Assembly (NCBI GenBank): GCA_963714015.1
Contig: OY970223.1
Coordinates: 1,664,001 to 1,728,000, forward strand
DNA: 64,000 nt
Direction: 5' to 3'
Source of the DNA: Vulcanimicrobiota bacterium
Lineage (GTDB): Bacteria; Vulcanimicrobiota; Vulcanimicrobiia; Vulcanimicrobiales; Vulcanimicrobiaceae
Part shown: positions 1 through 9,726 of the stretch, piece by piece
How positions within the stretch are numbered: position 1 is the stretch's first letter
Layout: each line of letters starts with the position of its first letter
Position numbers and translations under genes: made by a program
The notes under the pieces: model-generated
What the model saw: only the letters and a program-made list of their open reading frames with translations
Database searches by the model: none
What the model was told of the DNA's origin: nothing

Positions 1-509
1 AGAATCAGTGGTAATGCCCGAAAATATTTGACGAACCAGGATCATTCTTCCGTTATAGGACTCCTGATCGTAGAACGCGCCTCGGCCGTTCGTGAACTTT
101 CCGAACATGGGCTGCCCTAGTGTACCTTCGCTGCTGTTTGCGCCGTTCAGACTCCACTGGCCGGACTGCGCGTTGTACATACGCAGGTTCATGATTTCCA
201 GGTGACTCGGCCCGTAAGCTTCGATTTGCTCGAGATTCGCGAATCCATTCGAAATTTTTCGGGCGGTGACCGTTCCCGCATAAGTGGCCCATTGGTTCGA
301 ACCGGAAAGTGGGTGAATGAGTCGCTTGATATGCGTGCGCCAGGTGCCCAAACCAAAGTCAAAGTCGTGTTGACCGCTTTTGACTTGAACGGAAGCGGCG
401 GCCCGGGACGTCATTACGCATACCAGCACCATTAAGAGCATCATCAGTGTTCGCTGCACACGGCAAAGCATGGAATATGTCCTAAAATGCCTTTTGCTCG
501 GAAGAAGTG

Positions 510-1064
510 TCATGATTGCTTGTCGTACGTTGCGATCCAAACCGGAGTCCAGGTCTTGCCTCCGTCAGACGACTGTGAAATCACGTCGCGATATGAGGTG
601 GTTGAAATCGTCCGCGACACTGCCCGCACGAGCGTGTCATTTCCGTGGGCCTGTTCTCTATCGCAGAAGATCCCCACGCCATGATGAAAGGAGCCTACGA
701 GTGGAATGCCCAGCAGGCCGTCGACGCTGCTTGCGAACGACAGACTCCACTGCTTTGTGCCGGGGTCGTACAGACGTAGTTGCAAGCCTTCAATACTGCC
801 CGCGGCGCCTTTTATCTCCAGCACGCCGATGTTTGCCCGACCGTTCCATAATGGGGTCACCCGGTGCGTGCCGGCATAAGCGACCCAATGCGGCGGCCCA
901 TCCGGCGGCTTCACCAAACGCGAAACGCGCACGTTCCAAGCCCCGAACTCGTAATCGAAGTCGTGGTTGGAGTTTGTCCTTCCCGAGGGCCATGATACGG
1001 CCGTTGCGCTGCCGGCCAAGCTCATCCAAATCAGGGCGGCGGCGAGAACCTGGATATAACGCAT
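510..1064 (-). CDS. Secreted DUF1579-like beta-barrel protein
   Basis: Signal peptide; HDFDYEFGAW, LRLYDP..KQW and S.DGGKTW motifs typical of this family; divergent from a MocR regulator. Confidence 0.65.
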   Translation of the reverse strand: MRYIQVLAAALIWMSLAGSATAVSWPSGRTNSNHDFDYEFGAWNVRVSRLVKPPDGPPHWVAYAGTHRVTPLWNGRANIGVLEIKGAAGSIEGLQLRLYDPGTKQWSLSFASSVDGLLGIPLVGSFHHGVGIFCDREQAHGNDTLVRAVSRTISTTSYRDVISQSSDGGKTWTPVWIATYDKQS

Positions 1065-1085
1065 GCCCTTATTTTAAATGAAGGA

Positions 1086-1131
1086 CTGGACCGGTGTAAC
1101 GGGCCATTTCTGTTCAATATGAAGGAGCCAC
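1086..1131. promoter_or_regulatory. Putative MocR-family operator (CTGGACC / GGGCCA / GAGCCA boxes)
   Basis: Three related short boxes, one inverted and two direct, at the divergent junction, as is typical for MocR regulators. Confidence 0.4.
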
Positions 1132-2581
1132 TTGAGCTCGAGCCGTTCTTTCCCGATCGCCGTTCCGGCGAGGCGCTCGGGATTCGAGCTGTCTCGGAGG
1201 CTTCGAGCTGCTATCGAGACCGGAGCTCTCCCACCCGGAACAAAGATGCAGAGTACACGCGAACTGGCAAGGCGGCTCGGGCTCGGCCGTAACACGGTAG
1301 CAATCGCGTTCGAGCAACTTATCGCGGAGGGCTACCTTTTGGCGCGCGTGGGGTCCGGTACGTTCGTAGCGCGTTCAACCAATCGACAACCTTTGAAGAC
1401 TCGCAGGAGCGGAGCAGTAAGACACGAGCGAGCCGAACGACTTGCGGGACTGCGATCGCACTTTGACGCCGCGTTGGGTAGCGGTCCGTTGCGTCCCGGA
1501 ATGCCGGCGCTCGAACTCTTTCCGTCAAACGTCTGGAAACGATGTGCCAGACGCGCGCTAAACGTCTACGATGAAGATCTCGGATATACCGCGGCCTCCG
1601 GTTCACAGTCTTTACGCGAAGCAATCGCGCTTCACGTCACGCAATTTCGTGGTATAAGCGCCCAGCCCGAGCAAGTCGTCATTGTCGAAGGTGCCCAAGC
1701 GGCGCTTCACCTGGCGTGCACGGTTTTATCTAGAACCGGGGATACCGTCGTACTGGAAGATCCATCGTATGCACTCGCGCGAGCCGCGTTCGAGTTGCAT
1801 GGATTAAAGCTTCATCCGGTTCTGGTGGATCGTGAAGGAGTCCGCACCGACCGCCTTCCAAGCAACGCGCAACTTGCGTTCGTAACCCCGACACACCAAT
1901 TTCCGCTGGGCGGCACACTTCCCATTTCACGCCGACTCGAATTGATCGCTTGGGCAGAAAAACGGAACGTTTATATCCTCGAAGACGACTACGACAGCGA
2001 ATTCACCTCCCGCATCCGTCCATTGCCCGCACTGCAAAGTCTCGATCGCAACGGCCGCGTCCTCTATATCGGAAGTTTTAGCAAAACGTTGGCGCCCGGG
2101 ATAAGGGCGGGCTATCTTATCGTACCACCTCATTTGGCGAACGCTTTTCGCGCCGCGCGCGCCAGCAGCAGTCTTGGGTTTGTCAATTCATCTTCAGGAA
2201 ACGCTTTCATTATTTATTCGAGAAGGCCACTTCGCGCGTCACTTGCGTCGCATGCACGCCGCTTACGAAGTGCGCCGGCGGGCACTTTGCGAGGGCCTGG
2301 AACCCCTATGCCGCGACGCATTTGAGCTGGGCCCGATGGGAGTGGGCCTGCACGTCGCTTTGATCGGGCGCCCGCCGTTTCCGGATCGGGATCTCTCGCG
2401 AACAAGCGACCATCAACGGTTGATTCCGCTTTCGCCGCTGTGCATCAATAGGCGCGATTGCTTTGGATTCGTCCTGGGCTTTACCAATGGGACGAGCGAA
2501 CAAATTCGTCGCTCCGCGATGCATTTGGCGGCCGACCTGTCGCTCAAGCCGCGAAGCAGGCCGGCCAAACCACGCCGTTAG
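1119..2581 (+). CDS. MocR/GabR-family PLP-dependent GntR regulator (two apparent frameshifts, ~1180 and ~2178)
   Basis: wHTH (STRELARRLGLGRNTV..A.EQL.AEGY), TPTHQFPLG, EDDYDSEF, GSFSKTLAPG; ATG at 1119 gives MKEPLELEPFFPDRRSGE; C-terminus continues in ORF 2174-2581. Confidence 0.88.
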
Positions 2582-2596
2582 TGTGGATAGGAACGA

Positions 2597-3838
2597 TCAA
2601 ATGCCGAGCGGATATGCCTCTTCGCCGTGCAATTCGATGTCCAATCCACGTTCTTCGGTTGCGCTGTCGACTTTCGTCAGCGTTACGCGACTAATCAGCC
2701 AGAGCATTCCATACGTGAATACGAACGCCCATGCGCTGCAAAAGACAGCGGCGGCGACCTGTTTGCCGAAGAAGGCTGTGCCGCCGAACAACAAACCATT
2801 CGCGCCGGCGGGATTCCACGCGGTGGTTGCAAAGACGCCGAGCAACACGATGCCCAGTACGCCTCCGACTCCGTGCACACCCCATACGTCGAGTGCGTCG
2901 TCCCAGCGCAGGCGATTCTTCAGCGCTACTGCGTAGTAGCAAACCGCGCCCGCCAGTAAACCGAACAATATCGCAGCGATTGGCGAAACATAACCCGCGG
3001 CGGGAGTAATCGTGGCAAGACCCGCAACAGCGCCGGTGAGCAAACCAACGAACTTCGGCTGTCTGCCGCGCGCCCATTCAATCAGAAGCCAGGCAACGGC
3101 TGCAAATGATGCGGCAATATCAGTGTTCAGAAATGCCGCGGCGGTGACGGCGTCGACGCGCAGCTCCGAGCCCGCGTTGAATCCGTACCAGCCGAACCAG
3201 AGCAACCCGGTGCCTAAAGCGATCAGCGGAACGTTGTGCGGTTTTTCATCGACCACGTGCCGCCGCCCGATAAAGAGTACAGATGCGAGTGCAGCGAATC
3301 CGGCGGACGCATGCACCACCAGGCCGCCCGCGAAATCGAGTACGCCCCATTTCGCCAGCGCGCCGTCAGGGCTCCAAAGCATGTGCACGAATGGAAAATA
3401 GACGAAGAGCAACCAGCCCGTAAGGAAAAGAAAATACGCCTTGAATGTGACGCGGTTCGCAAACGCTCCGGTAATGAGGGCGGGCGTAATAATCGCGAAC
3501 ATCATTTGATATGCGATGTGCACGACGAGCGGAATGCCCGCATCGTTGCCCATGAACATAGTGTGCAGCGTGACGCCGCGCAAAAAAAAGTATTGCATCG
3601 GGTTGCCCACAATGCCGTGCCAGTCGGCGCCGAAACACATGGAATAGCCAACGATCACCCAGACCACAGTGGTCCACCCTAACGACATGAAACTCTGAAT
3701 CATGATGGTTAGGACATTCTTGCGGCTGACCAATCCGCCATAAAAAAACGCGAGTCCGGGCGTCATCAACATGACGAGGCTCGCGCAGATTAGCATGAAC
3801 GCAGTGTTTCCGATGTTGAGTGGAACCGGATGAGTCAC
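2597..3838 (-). CDS. amtB: Ammonium transporter
   Basis: LMTPGLAFFYGG, DFAGGLVVH, LWFGWYGFNAGS, DDALDVWGVHGVGG; GTG start at 3838 after SD AAGGAGG. Confidence 0.96.
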   Translation of the reverse strand: MTHPVPLNIGNTAFMLICASLVMLMTPGLAFFYGGLVSRKNVLTIMIQSFMSLGWTTVVWVIVGYSMCFGADWHGIVGNPMQYFFLRGVTLHTMFMGNDAGIPLVVHIAYQMMFAIITPALITGAFANRVTFKAYFLFLTGWLLFVYFPFVHMLWSPDGALAKWGVLDFAGGLVVHASAGFAALASVLFIGRRHVVDEKPHNVPLIALGTGLLWFGWYGFNAGSELRVDAVTAAAFLNTDIAASFAAVAWLLIEWARGRQPKFVGLLTGAVAGLATITPAAGYVSPIAAILFGLLAGAVCYYAVALKNRLRWDDALDVWGVHGVGGVLGIVLLGVFATTAWNPAGANGLLFGGTAFFGKQVAAAVFCSAWAFVFTYGMLWLISRVTLTKVDSATEERGLDIELHGEEAYPLGI

Positions 3839-4101
3839 GGCTGTCCCTCCTTCGGGCGAACCTAGCATTCCTTAGGCAGGCTGCTCGAATGTTCCGCTTC
3901 CGAGCCGGCCTCACGAGCCCGACATGGATGGGATCTTCATCGAGTACTGCAACGCCGAGCGGCCGGACTCAGCACTTGACGGACGTTCGCCCGAGGCGGC
4001 ATACTTCACAACGCCGGCTTTTTTCGCCTAACTGCGCGCGTCACTTAATGTCCGCAGCTCGGCAATTCGGAGGCACCTCTAAGTGCATCCGTAGGGGCTA
4101 T

Positions 4102-4521
4102 ATGCTAATCTCTATCATCCTGGGTTACTTACTAAGCGGCGAACTTTTCGCGCATGAGGATTTATGCTTGATTCCCTCGCCCCCGCCCTTGTCGACCTTA
4201 CATACGCGATCCGAATGGGCGAATGCCAGTGACATCCAGGTGAAGGCCGCCGTAGCGTTCATGCGGTGCTCTTTGCATCGAAAATCTCGGGTCCTGGAAC
4301 TAACCGATCTTGCCCGAAGCGAGTCGGCCTTCGTTATGGCAGCTATAATATCTCACAAAATCGGTGACATAAAAAAGGCAAAAGAGTACCTTAGCATTGC
4401 GTACTCGACGCACAAGAACCTCAAAGAGCAAGGCGCCCTGCCCTCGCAGGTCGAGGAAATTATGAGCGATGAGTTACCGCTTATTAAAGACGCCCAACGA
4501 GGAGATTGGCCAATACTGTAA
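4102..4521 (+). CDS. Hypothetical protein (lower GC, hydrophobic N-terminus, helical)
   Basis: Open frame from ATG 4102 after AGGGG; no family recognised. Confidence 0.45.
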   Translation: MLISIILGYLLSGELFAHEDLCLIPSPPPLSTLHTRSEWANASDIQVKAAVAFMRCSLHRKSRVLELTDLARSESAFVMAAIISHKIGDIKKAKEYLSIAYSTHKNLKEQGALPSQVEEIMSDELPLIKDAQRGDWPIL

Positions 4522-4765
4522 CTTGGCGTCGTATCTGCTCCGGCGTAGTCGAGCTCCCATGGTATCTGGCGTTTTGGAGCGTAAACCATCCGAAACGGCA
4601 TTCGCCGGATGAATCGGAATCGCGTAACGTGCTGCACACGTGCGCCGAATTCGCTATAATGGCAGCATGCTTTGCTTGATCGATCGGAACTTGCATGACG
4701 AACCCGGCGCGTGAAGCGCAAAACGATACTCTTCGCGTAGAGTTTGACCGCCGCGTGACGGGCCG

Positions 4766-5233
4766 ATGAAGGTGATAGCAGTGCTCCTCTGCAGCGCATC
4801 GCTCGCGGCATGCGCCCCCAATGCTCCCGCGGGCGGCTGCGGCACGCCGGCGATCCCATCGATGTTGCTCGTATATCCGATAAACGCCGCGACCGCCGTT
4901 CCGGACTCCACTAACGCGATCATCGTCGCGATCGAGAGCAGCAGCACCCAAGGCGCGAGCGTGACCTTGTCGCCGGTGCCGAGTTTGCAGCCGGGCAGCA
5001 TGTTCACGGCAGCACCCTCGCCGCTTCCCTCGCCGTATGCAGCGCCGCCGACGCCACCGCCCGGTTCTACGGGAACACCCCTTCCATGGAATTTTTACGC
5101 CGTTCCCGTGGGTGCGCTGACGCGCGGTACTCTGTACACCGTGAGCTATACGTATACGTTCAATTTTACACCCACGCCGGGAGAGTGCTCCAACAAAGTT
5201 ACGCTGTCTCTCGGAACTTTCACGACGAAGTGA
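4766..5233 (+). CDS. Hypothetical Pro-rich lipoprotein
   Basis: Lipobox LAAC; PSPLPSP segment; Ig-like C-terminal strands. Confidence 0.7.
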   Translation: MKVIAVLLCSASLAACAPNAPAGGCGTPAIPSMLLVYPINAATAVPDSTNAIIVAIESSSTQGASVTLSPVPSLQPGSMFTAAPSPLPSPYAAPPTPPPGSTGTPLPWNFYAVPVGALTRGTLYTVSYTYTFNFTPTPGECSNKVTLSLGTFTTK

Positions 5234-5281
5234 GATGGAGTTCAGATTATGTGCGGCGTGTCGAATACGCGGCGGTCTGCG

Positions 5282-5827
5282 GTGAAAAAAGTTCTTGTCA
5301 CGATTGTAACGACTTGCGTTTCTTTAGTGGTTATTACCGGCATGCCGAGCCTTTCGGCGGCGGAGCAGGGAAAAACATCAGTGCCGGTTCAGAATCGAAG
5401 AATTGCTTCGTCGATCTATGAAATGCGGCTCGACCCAGGTCTTAGCCATTACTGGCTTACGGTTCACACCGGTGGCTGTTACGCCTCAACTCCTGTCACC
5501 GTCGGGAAAAATTCAACGCGTCACCTCGTTTCAGTACCGGGGCCCTTTGAGGTTTTCGCATACCACGGAGAGAGCTGGCTATTTGGCAGAGTGCCTCCCG
5601 GCATCGGAGTGATCATGCTCAGGGACCCTCAATCGGGCCATCCAATGAGCGATGGATTTATTGACGACGGTTACTACTACTTCGAGTTATTGCCCCCGGG
5701 TCAGTACCGTTTGAGTTTTGAGGCGGCCGGCCGTACCTTCGAACTTCCGGTCAAAGTGATACGCGGCGGGACCGAGGTCGACATAGGCGTTAAAGTGCTT
5801 AGGAATCTTCTGCCGCCCGGTCAATAG
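5282..5827 (+). CDS. Hypothetical secreted protein with C-terminal carboxypeptidase-regulatory-like (LPPGQYRL) domain
   Basis: Signal peptide from GTG 5282; DGYYYFELLPPGQYRLSF motif. Confidence 0.55.
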   Translation: MKKVLVTIVTTCVSLVVITGMPSLSAAEQGKTSVPVQNRRIASSIYEMRLDPGLSHYWLTVHTGGCYASTPVTVGKNSTRHLVSVPGPFEVFAYHGESWLFGRVPPGIGVIMLRDPQSGHPMSDGFIDDGYYYFELLPPGQYRLSFEAAGRTFELPVKVIRGGTEVDIGVKVLRNLLPPGQ

Positions 5828-5914
5828 TCTAGACGACACCGTAAGAGGCGCAGATGACGGCGCTTAAAATCCCGGCAAGAATTTGCAAATGCCGCCGCAG
5901 CCCGTGCCTAGAAG

Positions 5915-6388
5915 ATGTGGTGGATGAAATGTGCCGTCGCGTTCACGATCGTAGGACTCTTACTGCTTCCGGCGGCGGTCCGCGGCGCTTCCCAAGAACC
6001 GGCCAAAGCACAGGTTCTCGCGCGTGAGTCGCTGTGGGTTCATGCGGTAGCTTCCCACGACCCTCGAACGCTGTCGGCGATTCTCGACGACGGCTTCGTG
6101 CATATAAACTATCAAGGCCATGCGGAGGGCAAGGCGGCAATGTTGGCGAGGATCCATTCGCGCGTGCCGTTCGAGCAGCACACGAGCGGGCAGTCCGTCA
6201 CGTTGGAAGGCCCGGTAGCTATCGTGCACGGCCTGAACACGATCGCTGAAAACGGCCGCGTCATTTTGATGCTGTGCTACACCGACGTATACGTGAAACG
6301 CGGAGCGACATGGAAGGCCATCTCAGCGCAAGAAACGGCGGTAAGCTCAGCGAGCGCCGCTTCGGGCTCGGTCCCAACGCACCGTTAA
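5915..6388 (+). CDS. Secreted NTF2-like/DUF4440 protein
   Basis: Signal peptide; ILDDGFVHI..G...GK and YTDVYVKRGATWKAISAQ motifs. Confidence 0.8.
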   Translation: MWWMKCAVAFTIVGLLLLPAAVRGASQEPAKAQVLARESLWVHAVASHDPRTLSAILDDGFVHINYQGHAEGKAAMLARIHSRVPFEQHTSGQSVTLEGPVAIVHGLNTIAENGRVILMLCYTDVYVKRGATWKAISAQETAVSSASAASGSVPTHR

Positions 6389-7666
6389 GACGGCGACGTC
6401 ATCTTCATGGCGCGCCGAATCGATGACGCGCTCGCGTATCGCATGCGCCGGATGCAGTGCTTCCCGCACCTCTCGCCTGCCGATTGCGTCATGGAGGCGC
6501 GACCACGCTTCGGGAATGTCGCGATTCCATTCGAGCAGGCCGTCCGTAAAGAACGCAATGAATGAGCCGGTCTTGAGCGTCATTACTTGAGCGGTTTTGG
6601 CAACCGGTCCAAAGTTTCGCAGGCCCAGGGGCAAGCCGCGCTCGCTGAAAGGATCGATTACTTCCCCGGCTCGGTCCCAAACAAGTGGGCCCGGGTGTCC
6701 TGCCGAGGCACATGCCAGCGTCTCGTGACCGCAATCGATCAAGGCAACTAGAGCAGTCGTAAACTCTTCACGCGATTCGGTTTGCAGCATTTGATCGGCG
6801 ACTTCGAGTGCATTTGCAGGATCGGGTTCGCTAAAGAGCGCAGCGCGCAATCCGTTCCGCAGGCGGCTCATCCAGATCGCGGCATCTATTCCGTGCCCGA
6901 GCACGTCGCCAATCGTCATGGCGATGCGGCCGTCGGCCAGTTCGAACGCATCGTACCAATCGCCGCCGACGAGCAAGTTCTCTGACGAAGGTTCGTAAAA
7001 TGCATCGAAACTGATTCCCGCAGGCGCCGGTAATCGCTCCGGAAGTGCGGCTTTCTGGTACACGGTCGCGATGTGTAAGGTCTGTTCGTAGAGCCTTGCC
7101 TTGGCGATGGCGGTAGCGCACCTGCGGGCTAAGTCTTCAACGAATCGGACGGATTCCTCATCGTAACGTTCCTCGCTTGGATCGGTACGAATGAGGCTGA
7201 GTGTTCCGATTCGCCCTTGCGTAGCCGAGACGATAGGCGCGACGATAATCGACCGGTAGCGCATGCGCCGCATGTACTGCTCGTGCTCGGCGCTTACCGA
7301 ATGAGAGCGCAGGTAGTCGTCGTCGACGTTCTGCACCAAAATCGGCCGGCCGCTCCCAAGCGCGACGATTACCGGATGCGTTGCCTGACGGGTCCGCTGG
7401 CGAAGAAAAATTCCGGCCGCCTGAACGTCCGGTGTTAATTCCGGATTCGAGTGTGCGGCGGCCGCAAGATAGAGATTTCCGTCGTCGTCCTTGAGATCCA
7501 GAATGCAAATGTCGGCCACGGTTTCCACAGCCGCCGCGCATACGCCGGTGATTGTTTGATGCCAGTCGAGCGTCCCACCCAAGACCTCGCCCGCTCGCAA
7601 CAGTAGTTGCAAGTACCGGTGTTCGCGTTGTAACCGGCCGAGCGGAATCGGCGCCGGGTTTTGCAT
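6347..7666 (-). CDS. GAF domain + SpoIIE/PP2C phosphatase
   Basis: VGGDWYD, IGDVLGHG, ASAGHPGP, FTDGL, DDVAVL; N-terminal GAF. Confidence 0.92.
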   Translation of the reverse strand: MQNPAPIPLGRLQREHRYLQLLLRAGEVLGGTLDWHQTITGVCAAAVETVADICILDLKDDDGNLYLAAAAHSNPELTPDVQAAGIFLRQRTRQATHPVIVALGSGRPILVQNVDDDYLRSHSVSAEHEQYMRRMRYRSIIVAPIVSATQGRIGTLSLIRTDPSEERYDEESVRFVEDLARRCATAIAKARLYEQTLHIATVYQKAALPERLPAPAGISFDAFYEPSSENLLVGGDWYDAFELADGRIAMTIGDVLGHGIDAAIWMSRLRNGLRAALFSEPDPANALEVADQMLQTESREEFTTALVALIDCGHETLACASAGHPGPLVWDRAGEVIDPFSERGLPLGLRNFGPVAKTAQVMTLKTGSFIAFFTDGLLEWNRDIPEAWSRLHDAIGRREVREALHPAHAIRERVIDSARHEDDVAVLTVRWDRARSGAR

Positions 7667-7844
7667 GGGGGTACTTTTCCCAGGCGAGCCCCTTCTAGAA
7701 CCCCCACAGACAATTGACTTAAGGCAACATCATTCCGCACAAGTCTTCGGCTGCCAAGCAAGTGGACGGCCGGACGCGTTAGGCCCCTCTGCAGACTCGG
7801 GTACGTTCTACGTGGGGAATGCCAATCAAAGGAGGCCTCTCACC

Positions 7845-8264
7845 TTGAAATTCTTGTTTTCCGTCTTAATAACGTCGTGCCTGGCAATGAGCGCTTTGCC
7901 CGCATCCGCGCAAATGGTCCCGGGATCTTATCCGAATTGCGGATACTGGCAAAATGGCGTATGGGTCGGCAACGGTACGTGCAACAGCAACCCAAGGTGC
8001 GGTTCGATGCAGGGCGGCGTTTGGGTGCCGAACGGCAACTGCCCCGATCGCCGAGGCATGATCGGCGGCCGCGCGCGAGTCATCGGTACGATTACGAGCG
8101 TCAACGGGCATTTGGTCACGGTGCAGCAATCGCGCGGTACCGTCACAATCGACGACACGCGAGCACTCAACCGGCAAACCACAGGCCGAGTTGCGGTAGG
8201 AAGGCAGATCGTTGCATTCGGGCGCTGGCGCAACGGGACGTTCTACGCAACGCGCATAGAATAA
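7845..8264 (+). CDS. Secreted protein with two Cys-bracketed repeats and an OB-fold-like C-terminus
   Basis: TTG start after AGGAGG; signal peptide ending ASA; CGYWQNGVWVGNGTC / CGSMQGGVWVPNGNC. Confidence 0.7.
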   Translation: MKFLFSVLITSCLAMSALPASAQMVPGSYPNCGYWQNGVWVGNGTCNSNPRCGSMQGGVWVPNGNCPDRRGMIGGRARVIGTITSVNGHLVTVQQSRGTVTIDDTRALNRQTTGRVAVGRQIVAFGRWRNGTFYATRIE

Positions 8265-8282
8265 CGAAATAAACAAAGAGAG

Positions 8283-8307
8283 GCCCGGCAATTTCGCCGG
8301 GCTTCTT
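8283..8307 (+). terminator. Intrinsic terminator (possibly bidirectional)
   Basis: GCCCGGC-AATTTC-GCCGGGC followed by TTCTT between convergent genes. Confidence 0.7.
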
Positions 8308-8332
8308 CGTAAGAGCGAGCGAGATCGGCCGT

Positions 8333-8677
8333 TCAAGCTTCGCTGACGGCCGTGGAGTCTTGGGCCTTTGCATCAACGCTCGGGGCTGCCGAAATAATGG
8401 TAATACTCTTCGCGAGTCCGGCAATCTCGAAGATGCGGCGTGCGGACGGCTCGGCAATGACGACGATGTTCAGCGGATCGCCGCCCGCTTCAGCGTACAG
8501 GCGGCGGTAGCGCATAAAGATGCCCAGAATGGAAGAGTCGATAAGTTCGACCCCCGAGCAGTCGATTAAGACGCGAACGGCAGGACTCGGCGGAGGCAGG
8601 TTCGCGGCAATCTCGTCTTTTCGGTAGACGTCCAAGTCACCCCGGAAGGTGACGCGCACCGTGGGCTCTTCGTTCAC
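8333..8677 (-). CDS. STAS-domain anti-sigma factor antagonist
   Basis: GDLDVY, IDCSGVELIDSSILG (phosphorylatable Ser), RRIFEIAGL. Confidence 0.88.
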   Translation of the reverse strand: MNEEPTVRVTFRGDLDVYRKDEIAANLPPPSPAVRVLIDCSGVELIDSSILGIFMRYRRLYAEAGGDPLNIVVIAEPSARRIFEIAGLAKSITIISAAPSVDAKAQDSTAVSEA

Positions 8678-8791
8678 ACTTCGTTCATCCAGGCACAGCA
8701 AAAAGGGCGGCCGGCGAGCCGCTCGTCGAATATACCCGCCCTGAACCCTCAATAAACTGGTGGGTGCCGGCACTCGAGAGCCGCGCCGGAA

Positions 8792-9625
8792 CTAGGCGGC
8801 TGCGAGCCTCGAAGGCGTGCCGGCGGCGTACCGTTTCGACGTCAACGCTATGATTATGGCAACAGCCGACATGAGAACGGCAAAGTCGATGAACCCGCGC
8901 TGATCGCCGTGATTCCGCTCGACCACCGCGTAAAGGTTGAACGCGAGGTTACTCGACGTATGAAACAAGAGCGTGGTAAAGATGCTCTTGCGGGTCGATT
9001 CGTACCCCCACGTGTAAATGACGCGCTGTGAAATCGTGAAGATCAGGAAGACTCCGAACGGCATATACGATTGCGTCAAACCTGGGATGAAAAATAGCGG
9101 AAGGTGCCAGCACCCCCAGATGGCACCAAGCAAAACGGCAGCAGTCAACGGATTGCGGCGCTGTTCCAGGGCGTCGATCGCATAGGCCCAGCCGAACTCT
9201 TCACCGCACGAGCCGCCTATAAAAAATAACATGACATAGAGCATTGGAAGATGCCCGAACGAGACGGTCCAAGCAAAAGCCGAACCCGCCTGCGCGGCGT
9301 GAAGCAGCGCAGCTGCCAGACCGACGAGCGGAATCAGAAAAAACGCGGCGAGCAAGTACCGCGCTCCGACTCTCAAACGGACCGCTCGCAACGCGAAGCT
9401 TTTCATTGCGGGCCAGCCGCCCTGAATTCCAAGCGTCGCGAAGGCCGCCACAAACGGTCCGAACGATCCGATGACAAGCACCCAAAACATCAGGCCCTGT
9501 GCCAGGTGGAAAGCACTCCTGGAGGCTAACACTGCAACGATCCACGGACACCACGAAAAAGCAAAGCAGATCGTAAAATACAAGGCCGGCCGTAAGCGCC
9601 CAGCCTGCTCGCTCGGGTAGTTCAT
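8792..9625 (-). CDS. CPBP (CAAX/Abi) intramembrane glutamic endopeptidase
   Basis: GEEFGW, WGCWHLP, FHTSSN motifs; multiple TM helices. Confidence 0.9.
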   Translation of the reverse strand: MNYPSEQAGRLRPALYFTICFAFSWCPWIVAVLASRSAFHLAQGLMFWVLVIGSFGPFVAAFATLGIQGGWPAMKSFALRAVRLRVGARYLLAAFFLIPLVGLAAALLHAAQAGSAFAWTVSFGHLPMLYVMLFFIGGSCGEEFGWAYAIDALEQRRNPLTAAVLLGAIWGCWHLPLFFIPGLTQSYMPFGVFLIFTISQRVIYTWGYESTRKSIFTTLLFHTSSNLAFNLYAVVERNHGDQRGFIDFAVLMSAVAIIIALTSKRYAAGTPSRLAAA

Positions 9626-9726
9626 ACGCTACCTATACAATGCAAGCGCCGCCTATGTTTCGAAGCGCAAAAGCCGGCCCGTCGCGCAGGCAGCTCTGCA
9701 TGCGAAAGCGTAACGTCCAAATCCAA

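Noticed and set aside
1..470. Possible gene tail (1-120) and 77-aa ORF (202-435)
   Set aside because: No recognisable motif or RBS; too little support
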